In this document: in pieces, positions 20,601 through 29,523 of the stretch
How the letters are laid out: the number at the start of each line of letters is the position of its first letter
How positions within the stretch are numbered: position 1 is the first letter of the stretch
Virus record (IMG/VR): IMGVR_UViG_3300031760_000003
Span: 1-64,000 of that record
Reading direction: 5' to 3' (one strand)
DNA from: a virus
Taxonomy: Duplodnaviria > Caudoviricetes
Length of the DNA stretch: 64,000 nucleotides
Translations under genes and position numbers: made by a program
Notes under the pieces: generated by a model
The model's input: only the letters and a program-made list of their open reading frames with translations
Database searches by the model: none
What the model was told of the DNA's origin: nothing

Positions 20601-23398
20601 CTCTTTATAATATCAGTAATACCATTTTCATCTCTTAACTCGTCTAATTTTTTCTGCTCATTATCATTTGTTTTTTGAGTTCTATCTATATCTTTTTGTA
20701 CTTCTTTTTGCTTTTTACTTACTCTTTTAAATTCATCTTCATCTCCGGCATTCCATGCATCTATTCGAGCTTCTTCTAATTCATTATATTGCTCTGTTAA
20801 TTTTTCTATTGCCTTTTTGTTTTCTTCTATAACCTCTAAAGTTATTCGTATATCATCATTTTCTTGTTCTTTTTCTTCTTGGAGATTTTTAAGCCGTTTA
20901 AGTTCTTCATCACCTGCTTCTTTTGCCGCTTTTGTCACTTCTTTTATTGCGGGCGTTATTTTCTTCCAACCCGAACTAACAATAGGAAAATAAAAAACCA
21001 TATTAGTCATAGTTTGAAGTAATTTTTGTCCTATACTTAAATCATTATTACTCCAAATCTGACCAATTTTAGTAATACCGGCAATACCTGTAGCTACTTT
21101 ACTTATACCGGCACCGATGTCCATCCAGCCTTTCGCTACTGCCCTAGCATCCATAGCATCAGCAAAACTTTTTTGAGCTTCATTAAGAGAATTTTGTGCC
21201 CCAATTACGTTATTAACAGCATCTCTAAGTTTTTCTTCTTTTCCTATTTCTTCTTCAATAAGTTTTAAAGCTAATTGATGATTAATAGTATTATCTTCTG
21301 AATTATATGCTCCGCCAACTCTTAATTTTGCTTCAAGACTCTCAAAATTAATTGAACTGCCAAATTTATCACTACTTTTTGATAAAAGATCATCAAAAAC
21401 GCTCTTTGATATAGTATCTCCCTGATCTTTATTATTATCATATAGCTCTTCAATTTTATCACTTAACTCTTTATAAGTATGCTGTAGTTCAGAAGCTCCA
21501 TTAACTAACTTTGTTTGTAATTTTCCAAGATTGTCAAAATTACTAAAATCTTCTTCACTAATGCCTTTAATGACACTATTCAATTTTGTATAATCATCCT
21601 GTAATAACTCTACAGTTTTTTTATCTTCTATTAACTGCGCCCCAGATTTAGTTAATTCATTAAATCGTTTTCTTTCTTCTTCTGTTAAAAGAGACGCATT
21701 TTCATAAATTCTATGATAAAATTCTTCTTGTTCAGCTAAAGCTTTATTAGTCTCACCACCTGCGGCTAATCTTGAAGTATCTCCAACAGTATTCCTTAAT
21801 TCTTGAAGTTTATTAGCTTCTTCTAATTTTAACTGTTCTTGATTAGCCTTATTCATAGCATTTTGGCTAAAAAATGTTGCTAAAGGTCCAGTAGTAGCCC
21901 CGGCTCCCATCGCAAGTGCAGCTGGTATAATTCCTGACAGTCCGCCAAATGATTCTACTAAATGATCTACCACTTTAACTAAGCCAGTAAGCATATCATA
22001 GAATGATTTAACATCATCACTATCAAATAAACTAGAATATAAATCTTCAGATGCAGCTCTTAATTTATTTAAATGAGCCTGCATTGAGTCCATATAGATT
22101 TCATTCTGTTTAGTAAGTGTTCCTTCTGCCGTTGCCGCAGTCTTTAAGTTAGTCTGGAATTTATCCCAGTTACTCATTAATGCGACTAATTGGGTATACT
22201 GTCTTGTACCAGCAACAGTCTGTGCTAAAGCCACTTGAGTATCAGCACTTAAACTTTGCCATTTAGAACCCATTTCATCAAGGATATCATCCATATCCTT
22301 AAGATTTCCGCTAGCATCTTTAATATTAATTCCAACAGCCTCTAATGCCTGAGAATATTTACCTAATGTAGTACCATCATCAAGAGTATCTCCTAATTCG
22401 AGATCCTGGATACGAGCAAATAATGTCTTAAAAGCTGTACCTACGATATCTGCAGACTGACGAGTTTCAGATACTACTGTGGCAAGAGCGGTCGTAGCAT
22501 ACTCATAACTTAAACCAACGGTGTCCGCAACTGCCGCAAACTTTTCAAGACCTTGAGCAATTTCCTCAGAAGAAGATGCGGTTGCCGCACCAAGAGCGGT
22601 AATGGTATCGCCAAAAGATTCAAGTGACTTAGTACCATCATCGAAGTTGTTCCAAATAGCCGTCATGTATTCAGAAACTTCATCCGCGGAAGCTCCTAAG
22701 GCGTTAGCCATTTTAATGGTAACGTTAGTTCTTTCCGCAACCTGCTCATCATCCAAACCTTGCTGGTAGTAAATAAGAGAAGCATCAGTATAATCAGTAG
22801 TAGTTGTACCTAATACCTGTGCTGCATTATTTGCCTGCACCGCAAACTCTTTCATATCTTCCGCAGATTTTTGTGTAACGATACGAATATCATTTAAAGA
22901 CCTATCTAAGTCTTTAATATATCCTATAGCCTGAGAAACTGTTTTAGTAGCGGTATTTAATATAGCATTAAATCCTGTATACATTACAGTATTTTTAAAA
23001 CTGTTAAACAATTTATCAGTAAATTTATTTGTATATTGAACTGCTGTATTTAATTGATATACTTGTGAAGTAACTTTCGCAAAAGCGGCAGTTCCTTCCG
23101 GTCCTAAAGTGGCAAGGTTAGTCTTAATTTGATTTAAGCTCATTCCACTATTTTGAATACTTTTCTGGAAAGTGTTGAAATTAATACCGTTTAAATTTAT
23201 ATCAAAGGCAGAATCTAGTGCATTTTCAAGAACTCTCACTGAAGTAGTAACTTTTTCAACTTCTTCTGCAGAGAAATTCTGTAAAAAGTCTGTGTCAACA
23301 GCGCCTAACTCCTTTAGCGTTCTTTTTAATTCATTTAATCCAGACATATCAACATTTGTTTTAATACCAAGATTAAATGTTAATTGATTATTAGCCAT
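14603..23398 (-). CDS. Tape measure protein (TP901-type core)
   Basis: ~2930 aa, helical; IRIVT...DASLIYYQQG and GTAFKTLFARI core; C-terminal FATGGYTG...LHQKELVLN. Start moved to ATG 23398, which follows AGGAGG. Confidence 0.9.
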   Translation of the reverse strand: MANNQLTFNLGIKTNVDMSGLNELKRTLKELGAVDTDFLQNFSAEEVEKVTTSVRVLENALDSAFDINLNGINFNTFQKSIQNSGMSLNQIKTNLATLGPEGTAAFAKVTSQVYQLNTAVQYTNKFTDKLFNSFKNTVMYTGFNAILNTATKTVSQAIGYIKDLDRSLNDIRIVTQKSAEDMKEFAVQANNAAQVLGTTTTDYTDASLIYYQQGLDDEQVAERTNVTIKMANALGASADEVSEYMTAIWNNFDDGTKSLESFGDTITALGAATASSSEEIAQGLEKFAAVADTVGLSYEYATTALATVVSETRQSADIVGTAFKTLFARIQDLELGDTLDDGTTLGKYSQALEAVGINIKDASGNLKDMDDILDEMGSKWQSLSADTQVALAQTVAGTRQYTQLVALMSNWDKFQTNLKTAATAEGTLTKQNEIYMDSMQAHLNKLRAASEDLYSSLFDSDDVKSFYDMLTGLVKVVDHLVESFGGLSGIIPAALAMGAGATTGPLATFFSQNAMNKANQEQLKLEEANKLQELRNTVGDTSRLAAGGETNKALAEQEEFYHRIYENASLLTEEERKRFNELTKSGAQLIEDKKTVELLQDDYTKLNSVIKGISEEDFSNFDNLGKLQTKLVNGASELQHTYKELSDKIEELYDNNKDQGDTISKSVFDDLLSKSSDKFGSSINFESLEAKLRVGGAYNSEDNTINHQLALKLIEEEIGKEEKLRDAVNNVIGAQNSLNEAQKSFADAMDARAVAKGWMDIGAGISKVATGIAGITKIGQIWSNNDLSIGQKLLQTMTNMVFYFPIVSSGWKKITPAIKEVTKAAKEAGDEELKRLKNLQEEKEQENDDIRITLEVIEENKKAIEKLTEQYNELEEARIDAWNAGDEDEFKRVSKKQKEVQKDIDRTQKTNDNEQKKLDELRDENGITDIIKSIEDLKNPQKTLLKGFEILSKKGIGGLKDAIVKKGGGLLKALKEVYTGLGVLGHVAAIATVAFVGAKVALAAYNNYLEKNAKNAEEAARKDAELAEKKKEEYENIKNLKQAYDELNESEDVRSITDLRNETYKLCLQYGEEELAIKALSASYEELNNIIDETTAKRGEEYKASEERALESSKNAVSSDIYAAAGGAWGGAYDALTGNYQLKGSLGENTDESYIISRLKDLGSEYGIEDLITTVGLGVDEINLDNFVELLSKDTTAVKEILQSANTDMSTQLLSYLDAAEGSLNSLNTISQEVITATKENIANTLTANDVTTKNFLATRDDIYNQLISSGAYADTDEGREQVQDEVNKILSQFSGEGLKNTQAYNLAEAIFGDPEGYFEEFAEHTQAELVFLARFQNYFKETGKDVDEFLEKYGNLANLVSDSEFAMTIPATLAAANGKGKFEEDEINALFPDGRPEIKLQTGLIMDRETFENSDFETQTRVASQALLEGLINTSKNAEITKQSIAELQDELDNLDTSIKFGDMFDIDESNIETFRQAADIAENLFEEKYSTIDFSQLTDDQLNAIEELLTDGSAGVEQYIELLDTIGGGALADVLRENEDKIAEAEQHVRDAQEKIANGDNSEKTQAFLVKAQNDLAEAMSSSLTPIKSYLTSQGAVEKYTRKVINVTNELQAEMDALQAGTVSAAEANTEIEKQYKNIGSTIDMLQSQYSSLQSVVDDYNDNGKLSIDSIQQLVEMDNAFVASLELENGQLKINNETYSSLMDVQMAYMRQQVMADLITDLHVLKEGEAADATDELSRTYSDLGDVALQTAGKVAAGTELLDQFTKDAYGLAGLSASDFGVNADAAEEAIQAAYNKLRLMGSVDYFEGTGGSGSGSSKTKDKEEKDFDDEYDRYWDINNAIEKVTHALSKLDKEQEKLSRTELISSLKAENELLEIQAQKYNDLAAEQHKEAAELREQLEGYGIIFDSEGQIQNYLAQTKASLEQYNQVVADYNAGNISDESFEAYEKDYNTFKEVLDKYDELFYNKMVETQDKLDDITRQIKENNLTGWETELTLKLDTHQADRDWNDFIGKIEDNFKSRWTDFGTQFKTAVFDANSLGGEGGTIDDELKAAKEVMAEIDKMEAGGDSSMFESISQAQDKLKELQDQLVDDAGALFDLYQNGWDNYNSAIDEVIDKFGEVQNSIEAINADLNHQSKIIELLYGQQAYDFLDSLYNAQSKNYLTQLASLRDQNAFYQSQYEKAAAEYGADSDAAQKFKTAWDNTIKDLHAAEEAYLENLAKSYANTVAKAFSDAEKKLMKGSSYNFVSEQWNLAKEAADGVYDDQEKIYQLEKLSLKYQEAIDKASTTKSQQKLQDLYESQVKSLEDRTTLTEYDITLAEKRLAVAQAEADLEDARNNKNALKVTRDTAGNWSYQYVADEGDLDDKQQALLDAQYEAYEYVKQNVSDLKEEMIKLAEDWSTTIADLEAKMIGATEEEKAQYQMMIDWYNDYYATQMNTKADELKAHEVNLAEETNALLATEYMVNTDNYNLMIDSQKRAIDEMAKFAIESAIDVYNSAGEAYDAIVEHGDEAMRETIDYFATAASDITDIWSNNPDSVKNAMLEAMTVCTQAQLDYGEAVREGCIAAGEDYADVEAQIYEDVEATEELQDATSDLVATATSELAEYESYLGFLEDAWYRVKDSVYENGIEMENYIKKLGVARDAAISFVSVLDEAIQKEYEFQRAAAGGTGGSGLDSSSRINIENHQKGRYKVESQFSGNYGIWDTVAGNWVSIAGTGSDGYNSLAQELTKYGFYTQAQYESYKGSGWTDEEILKEIMKDSASVTPSSAHGIKVKAPGGDVIQQYMATKEAAEEYIKKNGLGSEYYAFATGGYTGSWNSNDGKLAMLHQKELVLNADDTANMLEAVSIIRQLSGINSSIQSAIAESIAAALGRISGVSGTGNITNNSGSNNVYNINAEFPAANDVNDIREALLSLPNLAAQRTGLQTI

Positions 23399-23435
23399 CT
23401 CTAACCTCCTTATAATCTCTTTTTGGTCTAAAAAC

Positions 23436-23477
23436 AAAAAATAGACCTCGTTATTTAATGTAAATAACGAGGTCTAT
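23436..23477 (-). terminator. Intrinsic terminator upstream of the tape measure gene
   Basis: ATAGACCTCGTTATTTA/TAAATAACGAGGTCTAT stem plus T-tract. Confidence 0.7.
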
Positions 23478-23500
23478 AGATTAAATCATTTTACCCTATT

Positions 23501-24010
23501 TTATTTAAGACCAGAGCTCTTGGCTATTGAAACAACATTTTCCATTTTATCTAAATCAAGAGATTCTAAGGCTTTATTAAATTTATCTGTGGCATCTGGC
23601 GCAAAAGCAAGGAATTTATCAATAAATCCTCTTGCAGAATTGCGGTAAACGGTATAGTCATCAACCATCCTAGAAAGTAATTCAAGTAAGTCTGAATAAT
23701 CTTTTGCGGGCATGGCATCAATTACTGCTTTAATAATACCATCTTTTTCTAATGAATCATATAAAGCAAGGATATCTGCTTTATCTTCATCAGAAATCTC
23801 TAAATCAGTATACTTTAATATCAGATATACTTCAAAAACAGCACTGGTAATAAGATCAGTCATCACAGTACCGCCATCCGCCTTCTGCATTACCATCTCA
23901 AGCAGATTCTTTTTTTCTTCTGTTGATAAAAATTGTTTTACCTTAATTTTAAGTTTTCCAACCTCTATTTCTTTATCGTTAGGGATTGTATTATTTATTT
24001 CATACTTCAT
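23501..24010 (-). CDS. Hypothetical protein (tail assembly chaperone position)
   Basis: 169 aa helical ORF before the tape measure gene; AGGAGG RBS. Confidence 0.45.
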   Translation of the reverse strand: MKYEINNTIPNDKEIEVGKLKIKVKQFLSTEEKKNLLEMVMQKADGGTVMTDLITSAVFEVYLILKYTDLEISDEDKADILALYDSLEKDGIIKAVIDAMPAKDYSDLLELLSRMVDDYTVYRNSARGFIDKFLAFAPDATDKFNKALESLDLDKMENVVSIAKSSGLK

Positions 24011-24039
24011 AGAAGTGCCTCCTTTTATTTCCTAATATA

Positions 24040-24068
24040 ATTATAACAAAATTTTTCTATTTTGTCAA
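24040..24068 (-). promoter_or_regulatory. sigmaA-type promoter for the 23501..24010 gene
   Basis: TTGACA-17-TATAAT with a TG extension, on the minus strand. Confidence 0.7.
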
Positions 24069-25591
24069 GATTTTTTAATTTTACTGTATAACTCTCCTAT
24101 ATTGTTAATATGAACAGAGATTTTTCTCTTGTTAAAAGTGTTTTCTACATATTTTGTAAAATCTTCATAAGGTTTATGTTCAAAACTCTTAGAACTTAAT
24201 CTTTGAACACCACTACTAATTGAAAAATCTTCATTTGAATTTTTATAATGTTGTAAAATTGCATTAATTGGAATTACCTTTACTTGTTCTCTTGAAAAAA
24301 CTACTAAAAATTTGGTATAATCATCTTTAACATATCCTTTTAAAGCTATTTTCATTGTTTGAGCATTAACTAATTCATTAGTAATTTTTTTATAATTAGA
24401 ATAATTTATATTTATAGGGGATTTCCTTTTCGCATCTGATATTCCGCTATCATTAACTCTCAAATTGGCATAATGAGCTGCGAACTCCCCGCTATTATCT
24501 ATTGATTTTAAAATTCTATCAAAGGGAGTTTTTGAAACTAAAGATACGCTTCTATCAAAATCTTTCGCATTTTTTACCGATAAATTCGTTTTTTCGCCAT
24601 TAAAAGTTATTGCCACGTCGGTTTTACGCTTATATTTTTCTGTTTTAGTAGACGTATCTATAGTAACGTCATCGCTATTATAACTCTTTTTTACTGTTTG
24701 ACTATCTTGTTGTTTTATATATTTATTTCCTAAGAATATCTTACTATTGTCAGAGTTAAACTCTTGATTCAAATTTTTTTGAATATATTTAATTAAATCA
24801 TCTTGACTGTCTCCAGAGAATTCTTCTAAAATACTACATATATTATCATCAGCTATTGCCGATAAAATTTCTCCTATTTCACCCTGCTTACCAGATACGT
24901 TCGGTAAAATAGTAAACATCTCTAATATATCATTAATTTCTTTAATTTTACCATCAGTCTCTCTTCCGCCAATATTTTTATTTATTTTTAATTTTTCTTT
25001 TATATCTTGTAAATTTGTATCATATTCTTGGAAAAGATTTTCTAAAGTGGCAATTTCTTTTTCTGTATATCCAGTTTTTGATTCTATATTTTCTATAATA
25101 TTTAAAAGAATTTCACTAGTTTTTCTTGCTTTTTTTAACCTCTCTTTAGATGATCGTCCAATATCTTTACAAGCATTTTTCATCTTATCCTTGTATTGCC
25201 TTTGAAGTTTTTGTCTTATTAGAAATAAATCTCTAACATCTTGATTTCTAAGCATAGAATATAAGTTTCCATGTAAGGTATAACTATAACCTTTTATTGC
25301 ATTTGCCCACTCATTATTAGTTGCTTGAACAATCGCATCTTTAATATTAGAATTTCCCAATAATTGAGTATATCTTTCTTCCATCTTTTCGGCAGTTTCA
25401 AAATCTTTTTTAGAAACTTTATTTTCCTTTTGATTAAAAAAAGTATCTCTTTGTCTACTCAACTTTTCTAATCGTGGTGGTGTTTCTTTAACTTTTCCAT
25501 TTTCCACATTTTTAGGTGTCTTTTTAAGACCAAAACGTTGATAATTTATTTTATGTCTATGAATTATATAATTTCCAAATATATCACTTAT
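24065..25591 (-). CDS. Hypothetical Lys-rich protein with a PD-(D/E)xK-like motif; probable ATA start
   Basis: The frame extends 28 codons beyond GTG 25507 to ATA 25591, 7 nt after GAAGGGGTG; contains GEIGE...KTDV...LSVK. Confidence 0.5.
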   Translation of the reverse strand: MSDIFGNYIIHRHKINYQRFGLKKTPKNVENGKVKETPPRLEKLSRQRDTFFNQKENKVSKKDFETAEKMEERYTQLLGNSNIKDAIVQATNNEWANAIKGYSYTLHGNLYSMLRNQDVRDLFLIRQKLQRQYKDKMKNACKDIGRSSKERLKKARKTSEILLNIIENIESKTGYTEKEIATLENLFQEYDTNLQDIKEKLKINKNIGGRETDGKIKEINDILEMFTILPNVSGKQGEIGEILSAIADDNICSILEEFSGDSQDDLIKYIQKNLNQEFNSDNSKIFLGNKYIKQQDSQTVKKSYNSDDVTIDTSTKTEKYKRKTDVAITFNGEKTNLSVKNAKDFDRSVSLVSKTPFDRILKSIDNSGEFAAHYANLRVNDSGISDAKRKSPININYSNYKKITNELVNAQTMKIALKGYVKDDYTKFLVVFSREQVKVIPINAILQHYKNSNEDFSISSGVQRLSSKSFEHKPYEDFTKYVENTFNKRKISVHINNIGELYSKIKKS

Positions 25592-25621
25592 AATAATACA
25601 CCCCTTCCCGCAGTTTTATAT

Positions 25622-25658
25622 AAAAAAAAATAAGGGGTTCATAAAGAACCCCTTATTT
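25622..25658 (-). terminator. Intrinsic terminator after the major tail gene
   Basis: ATAAGGGGTTC/GAACCCCTTAT stem with a T9 tract on the minus strand. Confidence 0.75.
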
Positions 25659-25673
25659 ATAATCTTAATCAGA

Positions 25674-26894
25674 TTAATCAAGTGTAATTGACTTACTATC
25701 TGTAGCAGTACCAAGAGTAGCTGTAACTGTAACTTCAGCACCTGATGAAAGAGCACTAACATCAACTGAGAATGCATTACCAGCTTTTGGAGCAACATCA
25801 AGATTTGTAGAACCAGAAACTGCAGTAATTGTAGGTGTATCAGTAGAACCTGTTACTGTATAAGAACCATCTACAGTATGTCCTTCAGATGTCTGCTCAG
25901 TTAAAGCACCAAGAGTTACTGTAGGAGTAACTACAGGCTCATTAGTATGAGTATCAGCATCAATATGAGTATGGAACTCTGTATCGTTAATGTCACCACC
26001 TGTAACAATCTGGATATCACAAACTGTCTTCTTACTTCTGTCGAACATTGTATAAGCAGGCATAGCATCCATTACGAAATCGAAAGTAGAAGGATCGCCA
26101 GATGCAGCCATTGTGAATGTAAATGCTGACTGTACCTTTACCTTAGGGAAGATAATTGATGCAGCAAGATCCTTACCTGTAGCTTCATCTCTGAAAAGTG
26201 TATCTGCTTCAACGTAGAAGAATCCACCAAATGAGCTAGGAAGAATATTAATTGTCTGTACGCCTTCCTTGAATGCGATATAGAAATCTACCTTAGCAGA
26301 AAAGCCTGCTGTTGTATTTGCTATTGTGAACTCTAAAGGATTAGCAGCTGTGATTTCAAGCAGATAATCTTCATCACCAGCAGCACCTGTTACAGTAATA
26401 TCACTATCTTCAATGTAATCTGTAACTGAACCTGAAGAGTTTGTCTTCATACCGAACATCGGTATATCAGAGCAGTAATAAAGTGTTGTAGCTGTAAGAC
26501 CAAGTTCACTATTTAATTCATCAAGAGTAATTCTACCCTTACCAGAGTTATCAATATTTACATCATAAGATACATGAATATGTGCAATCTTAGAAGGTGT
26601 AGCATCAATAAGACCTGCACCAGAAAGAACTGCCATACCCATAGGACTCATAAGAGCGTCAGTAACAGTGAAAGTCATTGTTTTTTCACCTTCCCAAGAG
26701 ATGAGACGGTTATAACCACGACCACCCTGTGCGTAAACTACTGTTGTAGCCTGCTCCATGTTAGAAGTTGTAGCTGTATCTATGACAAAAACGGGCTGTC
26801 CAGCTTTAAATGTTTTGCTTCCTATCTTTGTACCGTTACTAAGAGCTTTGAAAGTAACATTACAAATTTCACGAACACCAAAACGTCCTTGCAT
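25674..26894 (-). CDS. Major tail tube protein with C-terminal Ig-like extension
   Basis: Position; FGVREICNV, AQGGRG, FTMAASGDPSTFDF motifs; Thr-rich beta C-terminal domain; followed by a terminator. Confidence 0.75.
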   Translation of the reverse strand: MQGRFGVREICNVTFKALSNGTKIGSKTFKAGQPVFVIDTATTSNMEQATTVVYAQGGRGYNRLISWEGEKTMTFTVTDALMSPMGMAVLSGAGLIDATPSKIAHIHVSYDVNIDNSGKGRITLDELNSELGLTATTLYYCSDIPMFGMKTNSSGSVTDYIEDSDITVTGAAGDEDYLLEITAANPLEFTIANTTAGFSAKVDFYIAFKEGVQTINILPSSFGGFFYVEADTLFRDEATGKDLAASIIFPKVKVQSAFTFTMAASGDPSTFDFVMDAMPAYTMFDRSKKTVCDIQIVTGGDINDTEFHTHIDADTHTNEPVVTPTVTLGALTEQTSEGHTVDGSYTVTGSTDTPTITAVSGSTNLDVAPKAGNAFSVDVSALSSGAEVTVTATLGTATDSKSITLD

Positions 26895-26954
26895 ATATGT
26901 TTTCCTCCTTTTTTAGTATGCATTAATTATGTAAACGGTACAATTTTGTTACCG

Positions 26955-27689
26955 TTATACCTCTGACATCCAATCTTCTGCCTCGTCTAAACCAGTAGCA
27001 CCTGCAAGTTGTGCAGCATAATGAGCATCCCATTTAACTTTAAGAATATATCTTTGAAATTGAGTTTCTATTTGTTCAACAGTATAATTTAAAATAGTGT
27101 TTAAATCCATCTGTAAACCAATACTTAATATAGATGCATACCTTTTATATACACTAATATCTTTTTCATTTTCAAGTTCCTTATTCTTTTTGTTTTTACC
27201 TTCCATTAATTTATTTGCTATGGCTTGTGCTCGGCTATCCGCGGGAATATATACATTCTTATCAGAATCGGTACCTGGGAACATTTTAGAAAGAATCTGT
27301 TGAAATTCAAGAAAATTAGTATCATCTATGAAAGATACTATCCCCTCTTCCGCCTTAACTAACTGTATATCTCTTTCACGAATTTTTATTTCAAAGTTTG
27401 GAAATAGTAAAAATAATAAAGACATAAAGTTTTGTCTTGCATTAACTTCTTGTTGGTCTTTATTATTTACTATTGCTATAAATATCTCAAAATCACTCTT
27501 ATTCGATAAACCAGAATTGTCCTGAGATTTTCTTATAATTTTTGGAATGTACAAGATTAAATGAACAGCTATTCTAAAAGTTGTTTCGCCTATTAATCCA
27601 ATCTCTTTTATAGTTGGATTATGTATTACTATTTTAGCAGAAGTAAACGGTATATCATTATTTGTAAAAAATAATAATTTATTTTCCAT
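26955..27689 (-). CDS. Hypothetical morphogenesis protein
   Basis: 244 aa, between the head-tail genes and the major tail gene. Confidence 0.5.
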   Translation of the reverse strand: MENKLLFFTNNDIPFTSAKIVIHNPTIKEIGLIGETTFRIAVHLILYIPKIIRKSQDNSGLSNKSDFEIFIAIVNNKDQQEVNARQNFMSLLFLLFPNFEIKIRERDIQLVKAEEGIVSFIDDTNFLEFQQILSKMFPGTDSDKNVYIPADSRAQAIANKLMEGKNKKNKELENEKDISVYKRYASILSIGLQMDLNTILNYTVEQIETQFQRYILKVKWDAHYAAQLAGATGLDEAEDWMSEV

Positions 27690-28283
27690 TTATTCTTCCT
27701 CAACAGGTAAAGCGTCATCAACTCCATGAACGGCACTATATAATAAACAATAGCCGCATAAATCTTCATCAATAACCAATTCGTTACAACTGATAAAGTT
27801 AAATGTTCCAATACCAGATAATCTTGCTCCATTTAAAATTGCATCTATATAACCGGCAATCTTTAAAGGTCTAATTCTATAGTTTCCAATATCCCAATTA
27901 TCTGGATGGCACAATATATCAATCATAACAGTGCAATCTCTATAATATTCATTGCTATTATTAGGGGTGAAATTATCAAAAGTGATAATGATATAAGTTT
28001 GACTCTCTTGATTTTCACCCCTAGCAAGTTTAGGAGTATATCTTACATATCCTTCTTCTATCAGTTTTCCAACTGTAGTTTCCCTTACCTTCTTATTATA
28101 CTCCGGATTAGTTCTATTATCTAAGCAATCTTTAGTATTTATAACAAGTAATCTTTTTAATTCATCACTACAAGGCTGATTATCTACAAATAATCGTTTA
28201 ATAATCTCCTCTAAATCTTTTTCACAAGAGAGAAATGATGAATTATAGTTACCAATATAACCATTGTTTTTTGCTATTCTCAT
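27690..28283 (-). CDS. Putative tail terminator/completion protein
   Basis: 197 aa; synteny; IDILCH...RPLKIAGYID segment. Confidence 0.45.
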   Translation of the reverse strand: MRIAKNNGYIGNYNSSFLSCEKDLEEIIKRLFVDNQPCSDELKRLLVINTKDCLDNRTNPEYNKKVRETTVGKLIEEGYVRYTPKLARGENQESQTYIIITFDNFTPNNSNEYYRDCTVMIDILCHPDNWDIGNYRIRPLKIAGYIDAILNGARLSGIGTFNFISCNELVIDEDLCGYCLLYSAVHGVDDALPVEEE

Positions 28284-28310
28284 AAAAAGCCTCCTTGTAA
28301 ATCTCCTTGA

Positions 28311-29210
28311 CTATAGCGATTTTATTACAATAGGCAATTCAGCAATAACATTATCACCATCAGAATATTTTATAACAAAATCTCCCGACCTACCAGTTAC
28401 AATATCAATAGAACAAGTAGTTTGTGCGGCAGCCGTTATCTTCGCTTTACCGTTAGATACCGACCATGTACCAGACATATCAGTATTCTGTATTGAATAA
28501 GATAAATCTGTATCATAAGGATAAACCTGTAATGGTCCATCAATATAAGGTACAGTTGTGTCAGGTTCTATTATTTCAGTTTCGGTTTGAACATCCTGCA
28601 TTTCATTATCAAAATATTCTTCCAGATATACTTCTATAATATCAGGTTGCGTATATCTATCAACAGCCGCAACCCGCCAGTTATGATTATCAAATTTTAA
28701 TATTTGGTGTCTTTTGAAGAACTCATTAGTTTCTTCATTTTTAATAACATAAAACATTAAAGAATAATTCATTTCGTTATATTCTATGCTATGTTTCTGT
28801 TTCCAAACTAAATCTGTTTCAACTGGTCCCCGCAACCAAATGTGATACTTGTTTTCTTTTGCTTGTATCTCATAGTCACAACGTCTTATTTCACCTCTGA
28901 AATAAGCTTCTTCGGTATATCTCCTATCTATAACCATCCAATAAGTTTGAGTCCTATCCCAATAAAAAACCTCTCCAGGTTTCATACCAGATTCAAACTC
29001 TATCGAAATTTCCTTCTGGTCATAATCTGTAGATAACTTTATTGGATTGATTAAACATCGCCATTTTTCATCCTTAAAGGTAATCCATTCCGCTTGGTAA
29101 CTATTTTTCTTAGCACTCCTTAAAGATTGTAATTTACCTTTAACTATACGGTCATCATTCGTAGGACCGCCGATAGCGTTCATGCGGGCCTTCATTAATT
29201 CTAAAGACAT
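28311..29210 (-). CDS. Putative head closure (stopper) protein with C-terminal Ig-like domain
   Basis: 299 aa, beta-rich; synteny after the adaptor. Confidence 0.45.
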   Translation of the reverse strand: MSLELMKARMNAIGGPTNDDRIVKGKLQSLRSAKKNSYQAEWITFKDEKWRCLINPIKLSTDYDQKEISIEFESGMKPGEVFYWDRTQTYWMVIDRRYTEEAYFRGEIRRCDYEIQAKENKYHIWLRGPVETDLVWKQKHSIEYNEMNYSLMFYVIKNEETNEFFKRHQILKFDNHNWRVAAVDRYTQPDIIEVYLEEYFDNEMQDVQTETEIIEPDTTVPYIDGPLQVYPYDTDLSYSIQNTDMSGTWSVSNGKAKITAAAQTTCSIDIVTGRSGDFVIKYSDGDNVIAELPIVIKSL

Positions 29211-29509
29211 TCCTTTGCCTTCTCTAACAGGCTAAGACATTCAAAAATGCCTTTCCTATAATCTAAAAAATCATCCTTTTCGGTTAAAAGTGTTAAAGAT
29301 TCTAACCTACTTAAGAGTCGGAATAAGTCTATCTGACCGTTAAATAAACTGTCCATCCCGCCAATCTCTATAATTAAATTATGTAAGGATGATTGCCAAT
29401 CTTTCCCCTCTTCTCTATCGGGTAGCAATTTAAAAATCCTATTGCTAATTCTAATGAAATTACTCTCAATTTCACTATCATTAATCTGAATACCATATTT
29501 TAATGTCAT
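29201..29509 (-). CDS. Hypothetical protein
   Basis: 102 aa; AGGAGG RBS; tightly coupled to neighbours. Confidence 0.6.
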   Translation of the reverse strand: MTLKYGIQINDSEIESNFIRISNRIFKLLPDREEGKDWQSSLHNLIIEIGGMDSLFNGQIDLFRLLSRLESLTLLTEKDDFLDYRKGIFECLSLLEKAKECL

Positions 29510-29523
29510 TTTACTACCTCCTT

